Below are positions 61,003-64,000 of a DNA stretch of 64,000 bases, piece by piece. Under the pieces are notes generated by a model. That model saw only the letters and a list, made by a program, of their open reading frames with translations. It did no database searches and was not told the DNA's origin. Every line of letters begins with the position of its first letter. The stretch's first letter is position 1. Made by a program: the position numbers and the translations under genes. This DNA comes from Candidatus Iainarchaeum sp. (GTDB taxonomy: Archaea; Iainarchaeota; Iainarchaeia; Iainarchaeales; GCA-2688035): NCBI GenBank assembly GCA_017610205.1, contig JAFCCL010000001.1, positions 157,199-221,198 on the forward strand. The letters are read 5' to 3'.

Positions 61003-61507
61003 ATGCTGCAACAAAAAATCATTGTAAGAAAAAACAAAACAGGCTACACTGTTTACACTGGGCACTATAGAATAAGAGTAATTATCTCTACTAGCCAAAA
61101 AAATCTTAATCATATTAATGCAATGGTCTATAAAGGCAAAGAATATCAGGGCTATTTCGAGGCAAGTGGAAGAGGAAACAGACTTGAAATATACGCAATT
61201 TATCCTGCTTGGAGGCGTGATACCAGAAAAACCGAGACAATCAGGGCGTTTGGAATGCTTGTTCCAAGTAGCGAAATTGCATTAAAAAAAGCAGGATTTG
61301 AAAGCCTTTTTGTTGAAACAAACCCATCAGTTGCAAAACTTTTTAAAAAAAATGGGTTACTCTGTCAAAGATCTTGACGGTGGAGAAATAAAAGCAGAAA
61401 AAAGCATTCTGAAAAAGAGACCTGTCTTTCCATATACTAAAATGCCTGTTACAAAAAAAATCTTAAAAAGCTCGCCTAGAAGGCTAAGAAAGCCTCCAAG
61501 GCCCTAA
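61003..61507 (+). CDS. hypothetical protein (GNAT-like C-terminal flavour), apparently frameshifted in an A8 run
   Basis: ORF 61003-61377 ends ...ETNPSVAKLFKKNGLLCQRS*. The overlapping frame reads ...FLKKMGYSVKDLDGGEIKAEK... to 61507. The switch is at the A8 run 61345-61352. Confidence 0.35.
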
Positions 61508-61546
61508 CCCAAATCCTTAATAACAATTCAGACCTAATTTTCTTAG

Positions 61547-61619
61547 GGGCCCGTAGCCTAGTGGATAGGGCATCTGCCTTCTAAGCAGAGGGTCGCCGGT
61601 TCGAATCCGGCCGGGCCCG
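61547..61619 (+). tRNA. tRNA-Arg(TCT)
   Basis: Acceptor GGGCCCG/CGGGCCC. Anticodon stem TCTGC/GCAGA with loop CTTCTAA. T arm GCCGG-TTCGAAT-CCGGC. 73 nt. Confidence 0.9.
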
Positions 61620-61677
61620 ATTTTAAATAACCAAATAATTTGAATTAAAATGTAATAAACCGGATTAATGAAATGGA

Positions 61678-61932
61678 TTGAATGCAATGATTAGAAAAGC
61701 AAAAATGTCAGATGTTAAAAAAATAAAAAAGCTTCTTGAAATTTATGCAAAAAAAGAAATTTTGCTCAACAGAAGCCTGTTTAGTATCTACGAGTCATTG
61801 CGTGACTTTTTTGTTTTTGAAAAAAACGGAAAAGTTGTAGGCTGTTGTGCAATGCATTTCTGGAAAGATTGCCTTGATTGCCTGGATTTTCCAAATTGCT
61901 CCGAAATCGCAATGCAAAAGAAGATAAAATAG
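61678..61932 (+). pseudogene. truncated GNAT (amino-acid N-acetyltransferase-like) gene
   Basis: IRKAKMSDVKKIKKLLEIYAKKEILLNRSLFSIYESLRDFFVFEKNGKVVGCCAMHFW matches the first half of ArgA-like GNATs. The acetyl-CoA-binding motif A is missing (84 aa only). Confidence 0.5.
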
Positions 61933-61940
61933 TTTTACAT

Positions 61941-62000
61941 TAATACTTGGTTAATTGAAATAATATTTGGTTGATTAAAATAATACTTAGTTGGTTAAAA
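61941..62000 (+). repeat. imperfect 3 x 20-bp tandem repeat ending at the A of the argS ATG
   Basis: The units are taatacttggttaattgaaa, taatatttggttgattaaaa and taatacttagttggttaaaa, with 3 mismatches between neighbouring units. Confidence 0.85.
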
Positions 62001-63724
62001 TGGCAGAATTTAAAGAATTAATTGCAGAAGTATTGGAACAGGCTCTTGACAGCAAACTAAAGAAAGACGAAATAATTGAACTTTTAGAAGTTCCTCCAAT
62101 ACCCAAAATGGGCGATTATGCATTTCCCTGCTTTAAGCTTGCAGAAATTCTGGGGAAAAAACCGGCAAAAATTTCATTTGAACTAGCAGAAAAAATCTTT
62201 TTACCAGATGGCATTGAAGGAATGAATCCAAACGGACCATACCTGAATTTTTTTGCAGCAAAAGACATTGTTGCCAGAGACACAATCAACAAGGTAATAA
62301 AAAATGGCAACGAATTTGGAAGACACGATTTTGGCAAAGGCCAAAAAATCATGGTAGAATACAGTGCACCAAACTCAAACAAGCCACTGCATTTAGGGCA
62401 TTTGAGAAACAACTGCATTGGAATGGCAATTTCAAACATTTTTGAATCAGCAGGAATGAAAGTTATAAAAGCAAGCCTTGTCAACGACAGAGGAATTCAC
62501 ATCTGCAAAAGCATGCTTGCATACAAGCTCTTTGGAAACAACGCAACACCTGAAAGCGCAAAGGAAAAACCAGACCACTTTGTAGGAGACTATTATGTAA
62601 TGTACAATCAAATGGTCAAAGAAACCCCTGATTTGGAAAAACAAGCTTACGACATGCTGCAAAAATGGGAAAAGGGAGACAAGGAAACAAAAAACCTGTG
62701 GAAAAAAATGACTTCCTGGGCAGTTAAAGGATTTAAGGAAACTTATACAGAATTTGGAAGCATATTTGACGAATGGTTTTTTGAATCACAATACTACAAC
62801 AAAGCAAAACAAATCCTAAAACTTGGAGAAGAAAAGGGACTGTTCAAAAAAAACAGCGACGGAGCCCTTGTTGCAGAACTTGAAAACCAGGGACTTTCAA
62901 ACAAAACAGTTTTGAGGTCGGACGGAACCTCAATTTATATCACAAACGATTTGGCTTTAACAAAACACAAATTTGAGCACTTTAAACTTAACGAAAGCGT
63001 TTGGGTTGTGGGAAACGAACAAGACCTTTACTTCAGACAACTTTTTAAAATATTTCAACTCCTTGGATTTAAATGGGCAAAAAATTGCATGCATTTAAGC
63101 CACGGAATGGTAAACCTGCCTTCAGGAAAACTTAAAAGCAGGGAAGGCAAAGTTGTTGACGCAGACGACATAATTAAGGAATTGGAAGACCTTGCAACAG
63201 AAGAAATAAAAAAAAGAAACAAAAAGATTAATGAAAAAGAACTTGCAGCAAGAAGCAGGGCAATTGGCCTGGCTGCAATAAAATTCCACATGCTAAAGGT
63301 CGCAGTACACAAAGACATAATGTTTGACCCAAAGAAAAGCATTTCATTCGAAGGAGAAACAGGCCCATATATTCAATACACTTATGCCAGGGCAAAAAGC
63401 ATTCTTGCAAAAGCAGGCAAAATGAAAATAAAAAAATCCGGATTTGAAAGATTAATTGGACCGGAAGAGCAAAAACTTTTGAAACTGCTTGCAAACTACC
63501 CCGACGCAGTAAAAAAAAGCTTTAAACAACTAAGCCCGCACATCATCTGCCAATCAATGATTGAAATTGCTGAAGCATTCAACACATTTTACCAAAAGCA
63601 CAAAGTACTAAAAGCAGGAAGCGAAGAAATCAAAATCGAAAGAATTTCCCTAGTACAAGCAACAGCCCAAGTGCTAAAAAACGGTTTGGAATTGCTTGAC
63701 ATTGAAGCAATTGAAAAGATGTGA
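62000..63724 (+). CDS. argS: arginine--tRNA ligase
   Basis: SAPNSNKPLHLGHLRN (HIGH region), class I Rossmann fold, and C-terminal DALR-type anticodon-binding helices. Trimmed from TTG 61991 to ATG 62000. Confidence 0.9.
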   Translation: MAEFKELIAEVLEQALDSKLKKDEIIELLEVPPIPKMGDYAFPCFKLAEILGKKPAKISFELAEKIFLPDGIEGMNPNGPYLNFFAAKDIVARDTINKVIKNGNEFGRHDFGKGQKIMVEYSAPNSNKPLHLGHLRNNCIGMAISNIFESAGMKVIKASLVNDRGIHICKSMLAYKLFGNNATPESAKEKPDHFVGDYYVMYNQMVKETPDLEKQAYDMLQKWEKGDKETKNLWKKMTSWAVKGFKETYTEFGSIFDEWFFESQYYNKAKQILKLGEEKGLFKKNSDGALVAELENQGLSNKTVLRSDGTSIYITNDLALTKHKFEHFKLNESVWVVGNEQDLYFRQLFKIFQLLGFKWAKNCMHLSHGMVNLPSGKLKSREGKVVDADDIIKELEDLATEEIKKRNKKINEKELAARSRAIGLAAIKFHMLKVAVHKDIMFDPKKSISFEGETGPYIQYTYARAKSILAKAGKMKIKKSGFERLIGPEEQKLLKLLANYPDAVKKSFKQLSPHIICQSMIEIAEAFNTFYQKHKVLKAGSEEIKIERISLVQATAQVLKNGLELLDIEAIEKM

Positions 63725-63988
63725 CTAAGGCAACTTCATACCGCGCTTTGCAGCAATCTTTTTCATATTGACATAATCCGCCTGCGTAAGTCTTGTATCA
63801 TATACAGAATCAGAAACCTTTTTCTGAATGCGCCTCAAGATATCCTTTTCTCCAAGGGTAAAAGTTGCCTCAGGCGATTCCCTCAGCAAATCAAGGCCTT
63901 TGGAAATTTTAAGCTTTAGCCTTTGACCACTCGGCTTTCTCCTAACAACCCTTTTAATCGGCTTTCTGACCATAATATAAAAACGCAC
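63725..63988 (-). CDS. hypothetical small basic protein
   Basis: 87 aa, MVRKPIKRVVRRKPSGQRLKLK.... No motif recognised. Confidence 0.4.
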   Translation of the reverse strand: MRFYIMVRKPIKRVVRRKPSGQRLKLKISKGLDLLRESPEATFTLGEKDILRRIQKKVSDSVYDTRLTQADYVNMKKIAAKRGMKLP

Positions 63989-64000
63989 TCCGGCAATTTA

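Noticed and set aside
1-64000. Search by eye for CRISPR arrays, rRNA genes, group II introns and retron-like structures
   Set aside because: I saw no regularly spaced direct repeats with unique spacers, no rRNA-like conserved stretches and no reverse-transcriptase motifs in any ORF.

Overview
Low-GC archaeal chromosome segment. Archaeal markers are r-protein L44e, a stand-alone GMP synthase subunit B, SMC, a TrmB-type regulator, an intein-bearing HerA/FtsK-type ATPase and seven CCA-less tRNA genes. The reduced gene set and many small basic orphan proteins suggest a DPANN-type genome, but that is inference only. Housekeeping genes occupy roughly 1-21.8 kb and 53.5-64 kb. The middle is accessory DNA built around two tRNA-Ser integration sites. 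(1) A ~23-kb integrated element (21887-44956) is bounded by a 13-nt direct repeat of the 3' end of tRNA-Ser(TGA). It carries an intact tyrosine integrase, a restriction-modification cluster that includes a circularly permuted C5-methyltransferase, and a HEPN protein. It also carries a type IV secretion / conjugative-pilus-like module: VirB2-like pilin, VirB6-like protein, PrgI/VirB3, and a VirB4 that looks split by a nuclease gene and ends in a nuclease-like tail. The remaining cargo is two paralogous transglutaminase-fold lipoproteins, a frameshifted SNase-Excalibur nuclease, and a TrmB plus GGDEF-domain (RGDEF) pair. (2) Three further degenerate att-core copies (45.5-47.5 kb) delimit small cassettes. 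(3) A second site at tRNA-Ser(GGA) has a 16-nt repeat, a decayed integrase fragment and a radical-SAM/EEP/NUDIX operon. That is followed by a truncated transposase and a frameshifted araD. Other points are 3x tandem ~19-20-bp repeats abutting the start codons of rpl44e and argS, and several frameshifts, three of them in homopolymer runs. No rRNA genes or CRISPR arrays were seen. All domain calls come from reading motifs by eye, and no database search was run.
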